Of a stretch of DNA of 64,000 nt, positions 49,915-63,893 are shown piece after piece (the stretch's first letter is position 1; every line of letters begins with the position of its first letter). The stretch spans positions 992,001 to 1,056,000 of the forward strand of contig CDLV01000006.1 of NCBI GenBank assembly GCA_001244265.2. The letters are read 5' to 3'. The notes under the pieces are model-generated. The model did no database searches. It had not been told where the DNA came from and saw only the letters and a list, made by a program, of their open reading frames with translations. The position numbers and the translations under genes were made by a program. Source of the DNA: Microbotryum violaceum. Its lineage: Eukaryota.

Positions 49915-51219
49915 ATGATCAGGATCCCCTTGGCCCCTCTACGCCTGACCGACTACACGCGCCTTACCTCCCCCTTGTCACCTCACAAGCGGAAGAGTGG
50001 CAGCAGTAGTGGTTCCGGTACGACTGCAAGTTCGAGGACGAGCCGTTCGACCAGTTCGTCGGTCGCCACGCCCAGTGGAGACGCGTCGAGTGAGGCCATT
50101 CCGAGTACGAGTACGAGTACGACGGGGACACGCTTGTCGAGTACGATGGCGTCTTTGTCATTGCCTTCACCTTTTGGAACGACGACGACGACGACTACAC
50201 CCCCCGTTTCGCGGAGTAGTAGCGAGGCTGGACGGCCTTTGAAGACGCTGTACGAGGCGCCGCGGCCTTCGGCATCCTCATCCTCTTCCGCGCGGGCGAT
50301 GGCGCATGAAGACGAACAAGTCGACGACGATGACGACGATGCACCCGATCAACTGGCGGGACAGACCACTCGAGCAGCAACGACACCACCGAGGAGGTTG
50401 ATGGACCTCTTCCTCAGTTCGGCCGCCAAGGAGAGGGAAGCATCCGTCTCGGCAAGTCGAGGCCATTCGCCGCGCTCGCCGCAATCGCGTAGTCGGACCA
50501 GGAGCGAACCCGTTCATCTCAGTCCGTCGAGGAATGCAGCAAGAGCTTCGGCCACGCCTGCTCCTGCACCCACGAGCAAGGATGAGGAGATGGCCGCGGC
50601 ACCGAGTAGGTCTAGTTGATCATGCACCGCAGGTTGCAGCATGTACTGACTTTGGTTGGACAACCTCCCGAAACCAGCCTGGTCTGTCTACGAAGATCCA
50701 GTCGAACCCACACCCGTCGCGTCGACCACATCGAACGGAGCCAACGACTCCACCTTGGATGCCGAAGGGGACCAAGTCGAATACCACGACGAGAACATGA
50801 AACCCTCACCAACCTCATTGGCGCGCCTACTGCGGCATCGATCCCTCGCCCCCGTCGAAGCACCGAGGCTTATGCCCTCCCCCACCTCGATGGCGTTTGC
50901 TCCCGCGCCCGTACCGCAAACCCATGTTGCCCCACCTTCGACGCCCCCACCTACTACCTTGGACTGGAACGAGATGCACACCATCACGGCGACTGCGATC
51001 CCCGGCTCACCGCCTTCCATCTTCCCCACCTGGGACCCGATCGAGGACTCAACCAAAAGGCAAAGCTTCTTCGGCGATACGGGCAACCATTCGTTCGACT
51101 CGAGAATATCATTCTCGCATGGGTTTGACGAGATAGGCAGAAAACGAAGTGGTCTTGGAGAGGAAGAGCTGTTGGAAGAGGCACATGAGGGGAAGAAAAT
51201 GAGGTTGTCCAGCGAGTGA
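49915..51219 (+). CDS. Disordered Ser/Thr/Pro-rich hypothetical protein, 2 exons
   Basis: ORFs 49696-50619 and 50656-51219 join via a GTAGGT..CTGAC..CAG intron. Many S/T-P sites; C-terminal bipartite NLS-like 'RKRS...KKMR'. Confidence 0.65.
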
Positions 51220-51454
51220 AGGGGGAAGCTCCGGCTTTTCTTTCTGTTTTTCTATCTCTGTACGCTCTTGGTTTTGTATCTGAACATTACTCGGGGGATG
51301 TTTGCTTTCCTCGTTAAAGATAGGTTTCTTCTTCTTGTTACGTGCAACTTGGCATCTGTCGTCTCATCTTGACTCGTCCCGCATGGCTGATGAAAACTGC
51401 GATTACATAAACCCGAACCCTGCGTTTCTTAGAACAAACCGCCGCTCCTTCCCT

Positions 51455-54400
51455 CTAACCATCGACCCCAACCTGAATCGCGATCCCCATTGACGCCAAT
51501 TCGGCGACCAACATCCTAAACACAAACGGCACGGCGACCACTTCCAACTGGCCCTTCTGCCCCAGCCTCTGCACCTTGATCGCTCCCTTCTTCCCCTCCT
51601 TCACCTTCTGCTCCCTGTCCTTCCCCTGCCCTCGACAAACCATACAATACTCCCCACCCGGTCCCGTCGAAAGGTACTCGTCCCCCGTCTCCAACGTGAT
51701 CTCCCTCGACAACGCAACCGGTTCGTACCCCAACGAGACCATGGACCCACACGATCGACAGACCCAACACGTCGAATAATCCGAACAATTCATCAGTCGG
51801 TCCTGGAGCAGGTAACTCGTGCCATGGGCCAACAAGGCATCGCGTTCCATCTCGCCGAATCGAATACCACCTCCCCTCTTGCGTCCTTTGACCGGTTGTC
51901 GAGTGACTTGATCCAACGGGCCAGTCGTGCGTACTTGCCATTTATCGTTGACCATGTGACGCAGGCGTTGGTAATAGACGACGCCGAGGTAAATGTCCGC
52001 GTGGAACTCTTCCCCGGTGATACCCGAATACATGGGCTCGTTGCCGTAAAAGTTGTATCCGGCCGCTTTGAGTTGTTGACCAAAGTATTCGGCCGGGGTA
52101 TCGTCCTCGGAGAAATTGAAGGGCGTACCGTCCTGCGCCAGACCGTGCAATGCCCCAGCTTTGGCGGCGATCGATTCGACGAACATCCCAATCGTCATTC
52201 GGGAAGGGAACGCGTGAGGGTTGATGATGACGTCGGGTTGCATCCCCGATTCCGAGAAGGGCATATCGACCGCGGGGTATTTCTGCGAACACACACCCTT
52301 TTGTCCGTGTCGGGACGAGAACTTGTCACCGATCACGGGCGCACGAGGGATGCGCAACTTGATGTGCAACTTTTGCGCTTCGGCGTCCCCCGAGTCCGAG
52401 CCAATCAAGCGCACTTCATCGACGTAGGCCTCTTCATCACCCTTGTACTTCTCAAACTTGGTCGTCCCCGTCGTACGATCAAAGTAGGCGCAAATCGGCG
52501 TGCCTTGCTTGACCTTGACGCCGAGGAAAGGTAAGCCATCATCGTCAATCGTGTTACGTTTGTCACTATCGAGGCGCACGTCGTTCCCCATCGCAAAATG
52601 AACCTCTGGTGCTCCGCCCGATCCTTTATCCCCTCGCACATTCTTGAGATCGATGATCTGCGACTTGTAAACCGACCCATGGGCGAAGCCACGTTCGTGC
52701 GCGGACTTGTTGAGGATCATGGCATCTTCCATATCGTAACCCGTGTAGGAGATGACGGCGACGATCGCGTTCGTACCGTTCGGGTACCCGTCCATGCCGT
52801 AGTCGTTGTGCAGTAACGGGCGCACGATCGGCGTTTGACCGCATTGCAGGCGGTACAACTTGTTGTCTGCGCGGCGTTGCAACGCCGTCGAAGGCGTTCC
52901 CATCGTTTGTTTTGACATTTGACTGGAAGAAGAGACGAATCCACATGTCAGCAGCCGTGAAACAAGCATCCGCTTGAGTCGCATTTACCATTGGTACATG
53001 TTACGAGGCGACTGGTTATAATCCGAAAACGGCGTCAAGTTCGCCAAAAGGGACAAGACGTTCGTCGGCGAAAACTCGATATGGGACGTAACCCCTTGTT
53101 CGACCTCTTCGGGCATACATGCGATATTGAGGTAGACCTGTTCGAAAGGTCCAACAGAATCGATCTTGCCGTTCGCGAGATACTTGACATCTCGCATCAT
53201 GCGTGCGCGAGAGGCGAAGAGGTACAAGCCGGGGTATTGGCCTCCCTTCGAGGTAGGAACGAGCCCGATCTCGAGATCGAGAGGGATGTCGTACTCGCCT
53301 TGGGTCTTCCACAGTCGAAGGATTGTCGCCATCTTGGACGCCAAGTCAGGGGTTGCGTACCCGATGATGCGACCGTCGAGCTGAATAACGACGGTTTGAC
53401 GGCCGTCGATCGAAGGGTCGAAAGGTTGCGACATGCCGAGCGAAGTCAACAGGGCAGGGAGGTGCGAAACCTGGAGATGCGAATGCACCAAGCGGCACTT
53501 GTGTGCGAAATGGTTCAACAGACCACAGGGGGATCCATCGGGTGTATGAACGGGGCACAAGAACCCCCATGCTTCGGGTAGCAGTTTTCGTACGGTCGTC
53601 GTTTTGAGTTCCGCAAAGAAGGCACCACGATGGACGGAACGGAAATGCGAGATGTAACGCGTAAAGTTGAGCTTCTCCGCGACGATCGTGTACCCCGCCG
53701 CTTGTTGCAGGTCCAACCCCGAGGGGGAGACGAGATTTCCCGTCGCGAGAAAGTAGTTGAGTTTTTGGCCGATGTCGGCGTTGACCCTCTGGATCGTCTT
53801 GAGGATGTAGTTGTTGTCGCTCAGTTCGCACGAAGGTACCTTCCGCCGAATATCCTGTTGGATCTGCAGCTTGATGCCGTTAGCGTATTCGTCGAGCTTC
53901 TCCTTGACGATGATGCCGTACAGAAACCCGGGCATGAGGATTTCTTGGTGTTGGGGCGAATCCGGGTTATCGGCGCAGCAGTCGCCTCCGACGAGGGCAT
54001 ACAGCTTGCGGATCATGAAGAAGAGCATGCGCAGCTTGTCGCGCGCGTCCTTGAGGTGCACAAGCACGATTTTGTCGAGCAGGAATTGACCGACGCGCTC
54101 GTCCGTCCAGTCCTCGGGGCACTGCAGTACGACTCTGAACTTTTCACCCAAAAAGGCGAGGCATTGCTGTTGCGTGAAGAGGCCATAGGTCTTGAATCCG
54201 CGCAAGAGCAACTCGACCCGATCGGTCAAGAAGGTGTTTTGGAAGTCGTTCTGGAGGATACCCATGAAGATCTCCTTGTCGGTCGCGCCAACGAGCGCCT
54301 TGAGGACCATGACGACGGGTACCATGTACTCTGCTTTCCTCCAGCTGAAGCGCAGGGTCGAGCCGCCGTTGGAGAGGTAGTGGAGCGTGTTGGTTTGGGA

Positions 54401-55324
54401 CGTCTGGTCGGGTCGAACGGAGCGGATGGAGACACCGTACTGGGTGTAGGCCGCTCCTCGGTTGCCAAAGGAGGGCCGGATGATGGACGTGACGTGGTTC
54501 CGTCGCGGTACGATGAGGAAACGAATCAATCGTTCGTTACCGTTGATGATGAAGTAGCCTCCCATCTCCTCGGCCTCTTCGTGGTGCTCGACCATTCCGG
54601 CGGGTGCGAGTCCTTTGAGGTTGCATCGAGTGGACTATGAGAACAAAGACGAGTGAGCCAACGCTCGAGAAGGACTGATTGGCTCGGTCGCCGACTGAAT
54701 CGCACCTTGACCATCATCGGCATATTGCCGAGTTCTCGCGTGGTTTCTCCGGCGGGCACTCCGTTGAGAGACCATGACACCTTGGCCGTCATTTTCGAGG
54801 CATACGTTGTCAAGCGTTCTCGGGCCTGATGGACGATCCAAAGTTGAGATCAGAACGGGGAAAGTGAGCTCGGCATGCGAAAGTCTCACCTCGCTAGGGT
54901 AGACTCGTCGCTGAGCTGATCCGACACCTTTGATCGGGACCATTGGCCGGGCGACAGTCAAGTTGTCGATTTTGACTGTCGGTCAGAATACGACACCCTC
55001 ATTAGTGCGGTACGGGGCGACCAAATGAGAGCGTTTCTGAAACCCACTCTGCAACCGATTGCCCAACGATCCCTCGGGACCTTGCCCATCGAAAATGACC
55101 TTGGGGTCCAAGTCCAACACTGCCATATCGAGCAACCCTCTGCCGTGTTCGAGCTCGCCATCGGGTCCCAACGGAGCACCTTCGAACAGCGCATCGAAGG
55201 AATCGATATGGGGTGCGACCAGGGCTTGCGCGGCGGGGTATTGGGCCGAGATGGTCGACGGGTCGCGGAATCCGTTCTCGCGGTCGAGCGTGCGGAACGA
55301 GGTCGAGGCGATCCCGGAGCTGTG

Positions 55325-55363
<39 letters not shown>

Positions 55364-55426
55364 CTTCTTGGAGGGGCCTGCGACGGCATCCGATTGGATG
55401 GTTGCTGTGGAAGGACGGCCGGGCAT
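51455..55426 (-). CDS. RPA2: RNA polymerase I second-largest subunit (A135)
   Basis: 'PHIDSF', 'GGYFIINGNERL', 'TTVRKLLPEAWGFLCPVHTPDGSPCGLLNH', 'GDKFSSRHGQKG', 'YYQRLRHMVNDK', 'GGIRFGEMERD'. Confidence 0.97.
55322..55362. repeat. (GCTGTT)n hexamer microsatellite encoding an SN repeat in the RPA2 N-terminus
   Basis: Directly visible in the sequence. Confidence 0.9.
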
Positions 55427-56135
55427 CGTTCGGGCTGGATACGGGTAGTAATGTGGTAGAGTGGTGTATATGCCGGGGCCGACTCGAGAGCTAGAGCTGG
55501 ACTTGGGATCTCGTCTCGCACGAAACGAGCCGAGCGCGAGCGGGTCGGTCAAACTGGAGGGCGATAGGGGGAAGGAGCGGCGACTATGGCGCCTGCCAGT
55601 CGGGTCGGGTGTCAAGCTAAAGCCGAGCTCTGGGCCAAGGTGTTTACGTGGGGAGCGAACCTCTCCAACGACCTAGAGAGGTAAAGGGAACGAGCGCAGA
55701 ATGTGATGGGTCGCTACCGAGAGGGGCGCTGCCGCCTGGCGCCTGTCTGTCGGCTGAGTCGTCCTTGCGAAGCCACAATGGCGTATTACGTTTTAAATCA
55801 TCATTACTCTGAGTGTTTCGAGCTGTAATCCTCCCTCGCGCGCGCACCTGCCTCCGCGCTGGCCTGCACCACTACACCCGATCGACTACATCTTGGGAGC
55901 GGACGACCACCACCACCACCAAAGCACACGCATTGCGATTCATTGCCTCGTGGGCATCGACTGTGCAGTTTGTGGAGGACACCATCTCGAGGCGCGACAA
56001 CCCCTGTGTGATCGCGCGCCAAGTCACACACGCCCCGCCAGCCGCTGACTCATCACACCATCGCCTCGCGCTACACCAGACCTGATTACCCACTGCAGCG
56101 AACTCTAGGACCCTGCACACTGCCCAGCCCAAGCG

Positions 56136-57202
56136 ATGGCAGAAGACGCAGCGGCGCTGCTAGCCGACTTTGTCAGTTCGCTCGACAACCTCCCCAGTGA
56201 AGTGCAGCACATCCTGCAAGAGATCGGCCACAAGGAAGCCCGTACGAACGACATCAAGAACAAGGCTCTATCCCGCGATCAGGCGATCCAGAAGCATGCC
56301 CGGCCCGTCGCTTCCGGGGGGCAGGGTTTGCTCGAACCGAACCCAAAGGAGGACGAGCTGATCAAAAAGATACGGTCAGTTGCAGAGGATCGAGTCGTGT
56401 GTTTACGTACAGGCTTTTCTGATTCCGCACGTGGTCACTGTTCGCACAACAGGCTCGATCTAGACAAAGCCGAGACCTCGGCCAAAGAAAAAGTGGCCCT
56501 CGCTGAACGAGGCGTAAAACTCGTCAGTCCCCGTTGCTCACTGTCCTTCGTCATCATACGACATACTACTCACACCATCATCCTGCCCCGAACCAGATCT
56601 CCCGCCACCTCAACCGCCTCCAATCCCAACTCGAGCTCGTCACCTCGGCCATACCCCCGCTACCAACCCTACCTTCCTTCGACCCCGTCATGCCGATCCT
56701 CCCAACCCCGACCCCCATCTCCCAACCCCCAAACCCCAACTTCAATCCCAACCACGCCGCGCAAACCAACTTTGGTGCCTACAACCACCCCGGTACACCA
56801 GGAGGTGGTGTCAATTTTCAGCTTCAGAGCCAGGCGCAGAGGAAACCCGCCGCGGCAGCAAACTTGGGAACGCCAGGTCAACCTTCACCTATGCAGATTC
56901 CGATGCTGCAAGGTCAAATACAACAGCACCTCGCGGCCCATTCACCACAGGGCCAATACGGCTTTGCGACTGGTGCCGGGATTGCGACTGGTGCGGGAGG
57001 CCCAGGGACACCGATGGGTGGAGCGGCGAGAGGAGGACAAATTATCAATCGACCTGGCACGGGCGCTCGTCCAACAAATCAATACCCTGCTCAGCAAGCG
57101 GGCACACCCCTCTCAGCCAACTCGAACCCTCTTCTCCATCTCCAACAAACCCTGGGGGGAGGAGCTACGGGCGCCGCGAACCTCGCGAGGTTGCAGCAGC
57201 AG

Positions 57203-57273
<71 letters not shown>

Positions 57274-57727
57274 ACAGCACGCGCACATGCAGCAACAACA
57301 ACATCAATTGCGGATCCAACAACAGGCCCACGCGATGCAACAACAACAATTGGCGAATCAGCAACAGTTGCAACAGTTGCAGCAACAACATGGGGCCAAC
57401 GCAGCGAATAACAAACGTAAGAGGCAGGACGAGGAGGTCGAACCTGCTGAAGTCGAGGCGGAGGGCGAGGATCTCACACCGTATTGTTTCTGTCATCGAC
57501 CGTCGTTCGGAGAGGTGAGTGAGCCTTAAAGAACAGAAGATCGGCAGACGTGTACTGACCTTCTCGTTTCCTTCTCTTCACAGATGATCGGATGCGATGC
57601 CCCGAATTGCCGGATCGAATGGTTCCACCTCTCGTGCGTCGGGCTCAAATCGACACCCGAAGGCAGTTGGTATTGTCGCGATTGCGAACCCAAGATGCAA
57701 AAGGGGGCGTCGAGGAAACGACGATGA
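56136..57727 (+). CDS. YNG2: ING-family PHD protein (Yng2/ING3-like) with polyQ tract
   Basis: ING N-terminus '[22 protein letters not shown]' and PHD '[32 protein letters not shown]...WYCRDC'. Confidence 0.85.
57194..57277 (+). repeat. CAG/CAA polyglutamine microsatellite (about 28 Gln)
   Basis: Directly visible (CAG)n followed by (CAACAG)n. Confidence 0.92.
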
Positions 57728-57864
57728 TTCCTGTCTGCTGGGCTCTCTCCTTTTTGCACTTGTCCTTTTTCCATGTAATGCTCAGTAACGCACATGTTGT
57801 TCTCACTCCACGCGAATCGTGTACACTTTCGAAAAATAATATCTTCACATTGCATGCAATGGTA

Positions 57865-60800
57865 TTACAGTTCTCCCCCCTCCTCCACAAAACCCTTATC
57901 GACCGCCGCAATGCCCCCTGCACACAGCACACAACTACTCGCCAACAGATCGTCCAACGCCTCCCTCAAGCTCTCCTTATCACCCAACACGCTCCCACCC
58001 TGGTTCGCAGGCTTGTCCAAACGCGTCGTCGTCGAAAGGTCGCCACTTCCTCCGAAACGTAATTTGCCTGTGCCCGGGATCGATCCGCCGATCGCACCGA
58101 GCAAAGCATCAGGAAGTACAAGTTTACGCAATTGGTCCAACCCCTGCACTGAAGCGACAGCGAGTTTGAGACCCTGATTCGGCGTATCCTCCGTCAACGT
58201 CCTCCTCGTCCGTACGGGCGCGGTCGCAGGAGCCAACTTGGCCTGAAGGTCCAACATCCTCTTCAACGCGATGGGCGAAAGGATCTTGGTCACTTCCTTG
58301 ATCAGACAATCGGCATGAAAGCAATGCTGACAAGGGAAGACGTAGAATTGTCGCGTCAAAAGTTGCAAATGACAACTCCCGCATTTTTCCGAGGCGTCGA
58401 CGGTGACGAAACGATGGCGCAAGTCGGCGATATCGCTCTTGATTTGTTCGGCGCTACGCGTCGCTTCGTCCATGTCTTCCTTGAGGCGTTCGATATGGGC
58501 CGAATACCCTTCCAAGGCCGAACAGATTTCTTCCTTGAAATGATCGATGACGACGAAATCGGGGAAGAAGGGCAAGACATCTTCAATCTTGAGCAAATCG
58601 GTATTTTCGAGAAACTTCATCGCCGTTTTGACGTCGTTTTTTTGCGCGACGACGTGGTGCGCGATCTTCAGCCACAGCTTTTTGCGCAATAAGTCATCGT
58701 CTTCGGGTTGGTCGGCGCTCATCTTGGCTAGTTCGAGATCGTCGTGTTCGAGCGCGAGGTCGACCGCGGATTCGTACAAGGCCATCTTGCCGTAGATGAG
58801 CACCGAGGCTTGCACACGCTTGTTGGCGCGACATAACCGCAGTGCGTAGTCGAGGTCATAATATGATTCGCCCGTGATTGGATCATCAGGGCTGACGGAA
58901 AGGAAGTGGAGGAATTCGGCTTCGGATGCGGAAGGATCGGTTGCGTAGAGGGTAAGCAAGGCATTGTGCACAGAGGTCTCGGTGTTTTGCAACTGTAGGA
59001 TCGAGTACTGGAGGTATCTTCGTATCGGGCCTAGTCCTGAGGAGGAAGATGTCGATGGTCGTGGAGCGCACAAAGCAGGGATGAGCCGTCGAACATCGAG
59101 TGATGGCTGTCGCATGAAAGTCTCGACCGTCTCGTTCGGTGCATGTCGCAAGAGAACCGGAGCGAAGCGGTAGTAGGCATCCAAGCCCTCCTGCGGGTAT
59201 TGACGGCCAGATGCAAGAGTCAGATCCGACCCCATTGCTCCAATCACCCGCAATCGATCTCACCTGCTGGTTTAGAGACACGAGCGCATTCTTCCAGTTC
59301 TCTTCCAGGACCCAGTGCGTGACGATCCGTTCATGATCGCCGACGATTGCGGCATAGTACAGCGTCAGCTCCTCCCGTCCGTGCGATTCGAGGAGGTCGA
59401 AGATCGTGGTCGGGTCGAGGTTGTCCTGAGGATTGAGGAGTAAAATCAGCGCGGAGCTCAAACCACACAGACTAATCGATCAAACTCGCCTTGTAAGTCT
59501 TGAAAAAGTTCCTCAAGTCCTCCTCAGTCATCGGTTTCTCAACCTCAAAGTTTTGCGCGTCCTCTCTCGATCGCTCCGCCGCCGCCATATCTTCCAATTG
59601 ATTGATCTTGGACAAGTAGATCTCGACGAGCCACGTCGCAAGCATCATGCGTTGCGTCAAATCCTGTGGAAACCGACGCGAACCTGGCTCAGAAAGTTGG
59701 CCCGATGACCAATATCGGGGTCGAGCTCATCGACTCACGCTCTTGCTTATCCGTTCCAATTTGGCGGTCAAGTAGTACCTCAGCGCGTCGTGTTCGTTCT
59801 TATCGACGAACCGTAGGGCGACCTCTTCAAAGCTCTTGGACGACTGAGCGTAGCATTGCGCCGATTGAATATAACGCCCTTGAGCAAAGTACGCATCCGC
59901 CTCGGCCGACAAGACTTGGTCTCGCTGTCGTCGAGTCTGGAAAAGATGGGAGACGCTTAGTTATATGTCCCGGCGGCACACAATAAATAGTGGTCCCAAC
60001 GCGCACCTTTGCGTATTTGCATGCAAGTTCCCAGTTCGACCGCTGCAGGTACGTCTTCCACACATCCCGATCCTCATCCTTGATGACAAGTTCGAAGATA
60101 GACTGATCGGTATGCATCCAACATGTCTTGCGGATCGGATCGGTCGACAGTCGGATCGGCTTGACTCCGGAGGGCTTTTGCGGGAAGTAGATAGAAGTCA
60201 GCAGGTGTACTCTTGAAAGACCAGTCTAATGTCCAAGTGCCTCACCAAATCCAGCGGTTCCTCAAACACGATCTTGTCACTCAAAAGTCCGATGACTCGA
60301 ATCTTGTCCTCGTACAAAAGAACAATATGCCACTCGGTAAGAGCCATACTGATGGGTGTATCTATCCGCTCTGCAACATGGCGCTGCGCGTCCGAGTAGG
60401 AGCGCTGCAACGAGCTGACATGGGTTGGGGCGGTGGGTTGGGAAGGAAAAGGAACAAGGGAAGCGGATTCGATGACGCCATCGCCTGGTTGGAGATGGTC
60501 CGATGAAGGCGGTGGGAAGGAGAGTGCGCCGTGGTAGATCCCCGGGCCGGTGAGCCAAGCAACGCTCTTGGGCAGGCCCAATCCGACGATATTGCCCTTG
60601 GAGTCAACCCGGACGGGGGCAAAAAAGTGAAGTTCCGAACTGGTCGGCTCGCCCGGCAATTCAAGGGATTCTGTGAGAGAGATAATGTCGTCAGCCAAGG
60701 TCGCCAGCTGTATCCTCTGCTGCGGGACTTGCTAGGTTGCGCCTCTCCGCTCGAGTAGAGCGCCATGACGGCCTCCAACAGACCACCGCCTTCTTCGTCG

Positions 60801-61872
60801 GTCGATCTCCCTTCGCTCAAGGTTCCGACGAATTGATAGATGCGTGTCTGTGTCGTTGCAATAACCGCTGCTCGCTTGCCCCACGACTCGCGTCTCAATC
60901 CCGTGACAGCCTGCCGATCGGGAAGCGTGAAGAGGTTTTTGACGTATCGCTCGGGAGTTCCCGACCTCCCTGGTACTGGCAAGGAGAACGATGTCGATTC
61001 GCTCAACGTCGGATCGAGCAAGCACGTCTCGAGGATCTGACCCGATGCGGTGCCCAACAAGATGTCGCGAGTCGAGAACGTCCACAGCACGGCGTTCGAA
61101 CCATTATTGCCCTGGCCACCGCTCGCCGAGGCCGCGGCCGACGACCACGACACGGATTCGATGATGGCGCCTCGCAACCTCTGCAGCGGCTTGACTTTAC
61201 GACTCGTGTTGGAGCTCGAACTGCCGACGGGCAAGGCGCCGACGTAGACGTAGAAGTTGTCGCCGGTCGTGGCCGAGACGATGACATGTCGCCCCGTCGG
61301 ATCGACGTGAACGCGGTGCAGCTTGGTCGATGTGGACCCATCGCATTGCGAGATAGTCGGAGGTGGTATCGGAAGGTCGATGGTGTCGACTTGGGTGGGC
61401 CGGTCGAGGTCGATGCGGATCAGCTGCGGTGACTGGCCGCCGACGGTCGCGGTGGGGGAAGCTCGCGGCACGCCGACGACGCACAGCAGTAGCACGTTGG
61501 AGGTGCACGACAACGAATGCAGTGCACTCGAAAGAGCGAATTGTACTCGGCCCAGAAAGAAGGCGGGAGAGTCGTCGGTCTGCAGTGCAACACGCCGTCG
61601 GACATCAGACGCAGTGTCGATGGTGAGGGTGAAGATCAAGGTGGGGTACGATCGGGGGGTGTGACGAAGTGAAGAGATGGCCAGACCTCAGCCATCGGTC
61701 ATCGGCCCCGAAAGCATATGGAATATACACTGACCTCGTCACCTTCTGGCTGATGTCCATACACCGCTCCATCGACCGACTCAAAGCCCTGCGCAACAAG
61801 CGGTGCCGCGTTGTCGACGTACTCGTCCCATCCCGTCCCCGTCCTCGTCCCCGTCCCCGTCGACGTGGTCAT
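57865..61872 (-). CDS. VPS18: HOPS/CORVET subunit Vps18/Pep3
   Basis: 'VHVDPTGRH', 'MALTEWHIVLLY', 'DEDRDVW..YL', 'SFEEVALRF', 'TWLVEIYLSKIN.LED', 'LKIEDVLPFFPDFVVID.FKEEIC', RING-like 'FYVFPCQHCFHADCL'. Confidence 0.95.
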
Positions 61873-61904
61873 CAGTGAGCTGATACGAATCACCAAACCC
61901 TGGG

Positions 61905-63893
61905 TTAATCGAGTCGCTGCCTTCTTCCTCCCACGCAACGATGCTGCGCGTCCGTCCGGCTTGAGTTGGGCTGAGGCTTCTGAGCTGATTTGAGTGCAGG
62001 CCACAGCGGAGGGAGAGCCGTCGAGCACGAGGCCCAAGCGTGCCGACATTCACCCTGCCGCTCCACCGAATTGGAGCGATGTCTGCACAAATGTATGCAC
62101 GAAAAGCTAATCTGATATGCACAAGAGAACACTGACGAATGCCATAACCTGACTGCACCTATCCTCGGCCTCCCAACATCGTTCCTCAAGGCACGGTCGA
62201 GTTGCGTGGTCACGTTTCGGTATCGATAGATCGATCCACCGGGGCAACCCCTTCGAGCCGTCTCCTCGGACGAGTCGACTGCGACTTTTGGTGCCGTTCG
62301 GGCGACCCGAGGCGCTGACTCGGGCGTCGCGTTTTGCTTGGCCTTGTTCGAAGTCGACACGACGGGTTCTCGACGAAGCGGATCCTCGGGTGCCTCCAAC
62401 ATGAGCGGTGAGTATGCAACTTCTCCCTTGACGGCGCATGACGGGGCGGACATCGTTCGCGCTGGTTTCTTGCTCTCCCGTGCAAAGTTGTGCTCGCACC
62501 GTATCGCGACCTTGGTGTCGAACTTGGCTTTTGTTTCGCTGATGCTGTGGTGACCTCCATGCTTTGGATTGGCGTTGCGAGGGAAGGCGGAGGGCAGCAG
62601 GGGAGATACACGTTCGATCTTGGCAACTTTGTCAAAGAGCTTCTCCTTGCTGAAACGGACATTGCTGCCGCCAGGTGCGGTGATCGCGCGACGGGCGGCG
62701 TCGGCGCTGAGGTTGGCGGTGGGGTCGTCGACGAGTTCGTTCTTGTCGAACAATGAATCGGATGCGAACAGGTACAATTGTCGAACGGCCCGGATATGGT
62801 CGCAGAGTTCACGAATGTCGTCGGTGGAGAGCGCCGGGGCATTGATTGGCGGCCCGCGGGCAAGTCGTCCGTGAGCATGGTCGTTATCGCGGAGAAAGGT
62901 GTTCAGTTGAAACAGAGGTTTATCGATCGGCACCTTGATTGGTGCCTTGAACCCCCACCCCTTGACCCCTCCAAATTAGTCGTTGCCGAAAAGGAACGAG
63001 AGGACGAAGCGGCCGTCAGAGTCGAGCACTTTCGAGTCGGCGTCGAGAGCGGCGAGGTCAAGAATATCGACAGACTCGAATCGTCTGCTGTTCGCTTGCT
63101 TGTGAGGGAGAATCCGATACTTCACAACCGATGCTGATATGAGCATGGCATAATCGCTGTCGCCGCTCACGAGGGCGGTACGTTCCGAGACGAGCTCGAC
63201 ACCGCCGATCGAGCCAAACTTGGTCGTGGCCGCGATGATCGGGCCCGTCTCGTGGGCGGCAAGGACAAACAATACATCGCCTTTCGAAGCGATCTTACCA
63301 CGCTTGACCTTCCGACCCTGTCCTTCAAAGTCCTCTTCCCATGGTTGGGCTGTTGGGAAGGCCTTGTTAAACGCGTCTTCCGAGATCACGGGGATGGGCG
63401 AAGCGGAGAGGACGGACGTCGTTCTCTTCTTGAGACGGCCCTCCACCGTGGCCCTTTTCAACTCGGGTCGGAAACGGGGATGATCAAAGAAGACAATGAA
63501 CTTGGTGGATTGCGAGTCTCGAGATGTCCAATCATGGATCAGGGACTGGATCATGCTGAGGAACTCGCGTGCTTGGCCGTGCGGGTGGGGGTGGGACGAG
63601 GGCGAGGGCCACAGGTAGGTAAAGGCCATTGCCGCATCGGAAATGAACACTACAGATTACACGGGGACAGTCAAGGTCATTACCATGTTGTCAGTATCTA
63701 ACCTAGTACTTGCAATGGAAGGCTCGGACGTGATGTGATGGGTCAAGGTTGCGAGAGAGAGCTCACCATTGACGTCGTGCTCGACGAGCGAACGTATCGC
63801 CTGCCCGACCGTCCTGCAGGACCCCCCCACCTTGCTTGCTGGCACTTTGGCCACGCTCGCGTTGATGTACTGCGGGCCGTACCTAACCCCCAT
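61905..63893 (-). pseudogene. XPG/FEN1-superfamily PIN + H3TH nuclease gene disrupted by in-frame stops; possible mobile-element relic
   Basis: ORFs 63657-63893, 62976-63650 and 61905-62933 share one frame and are separated only by TAA codons. Motifs in the expected order: MGV start, 'FISD', 'IVFFD', 'ELKRATVEGR', 'AAHETG', 'VSGDSD', 'LFGND*FGGVKGWGFK'. Confidence 0.7.

Noticed and set aside
51824..54640. Long antisense ORFs opposite RPA2
   Set aside because: Shadow ORFs from GC3-biased coding on the opposite strand.
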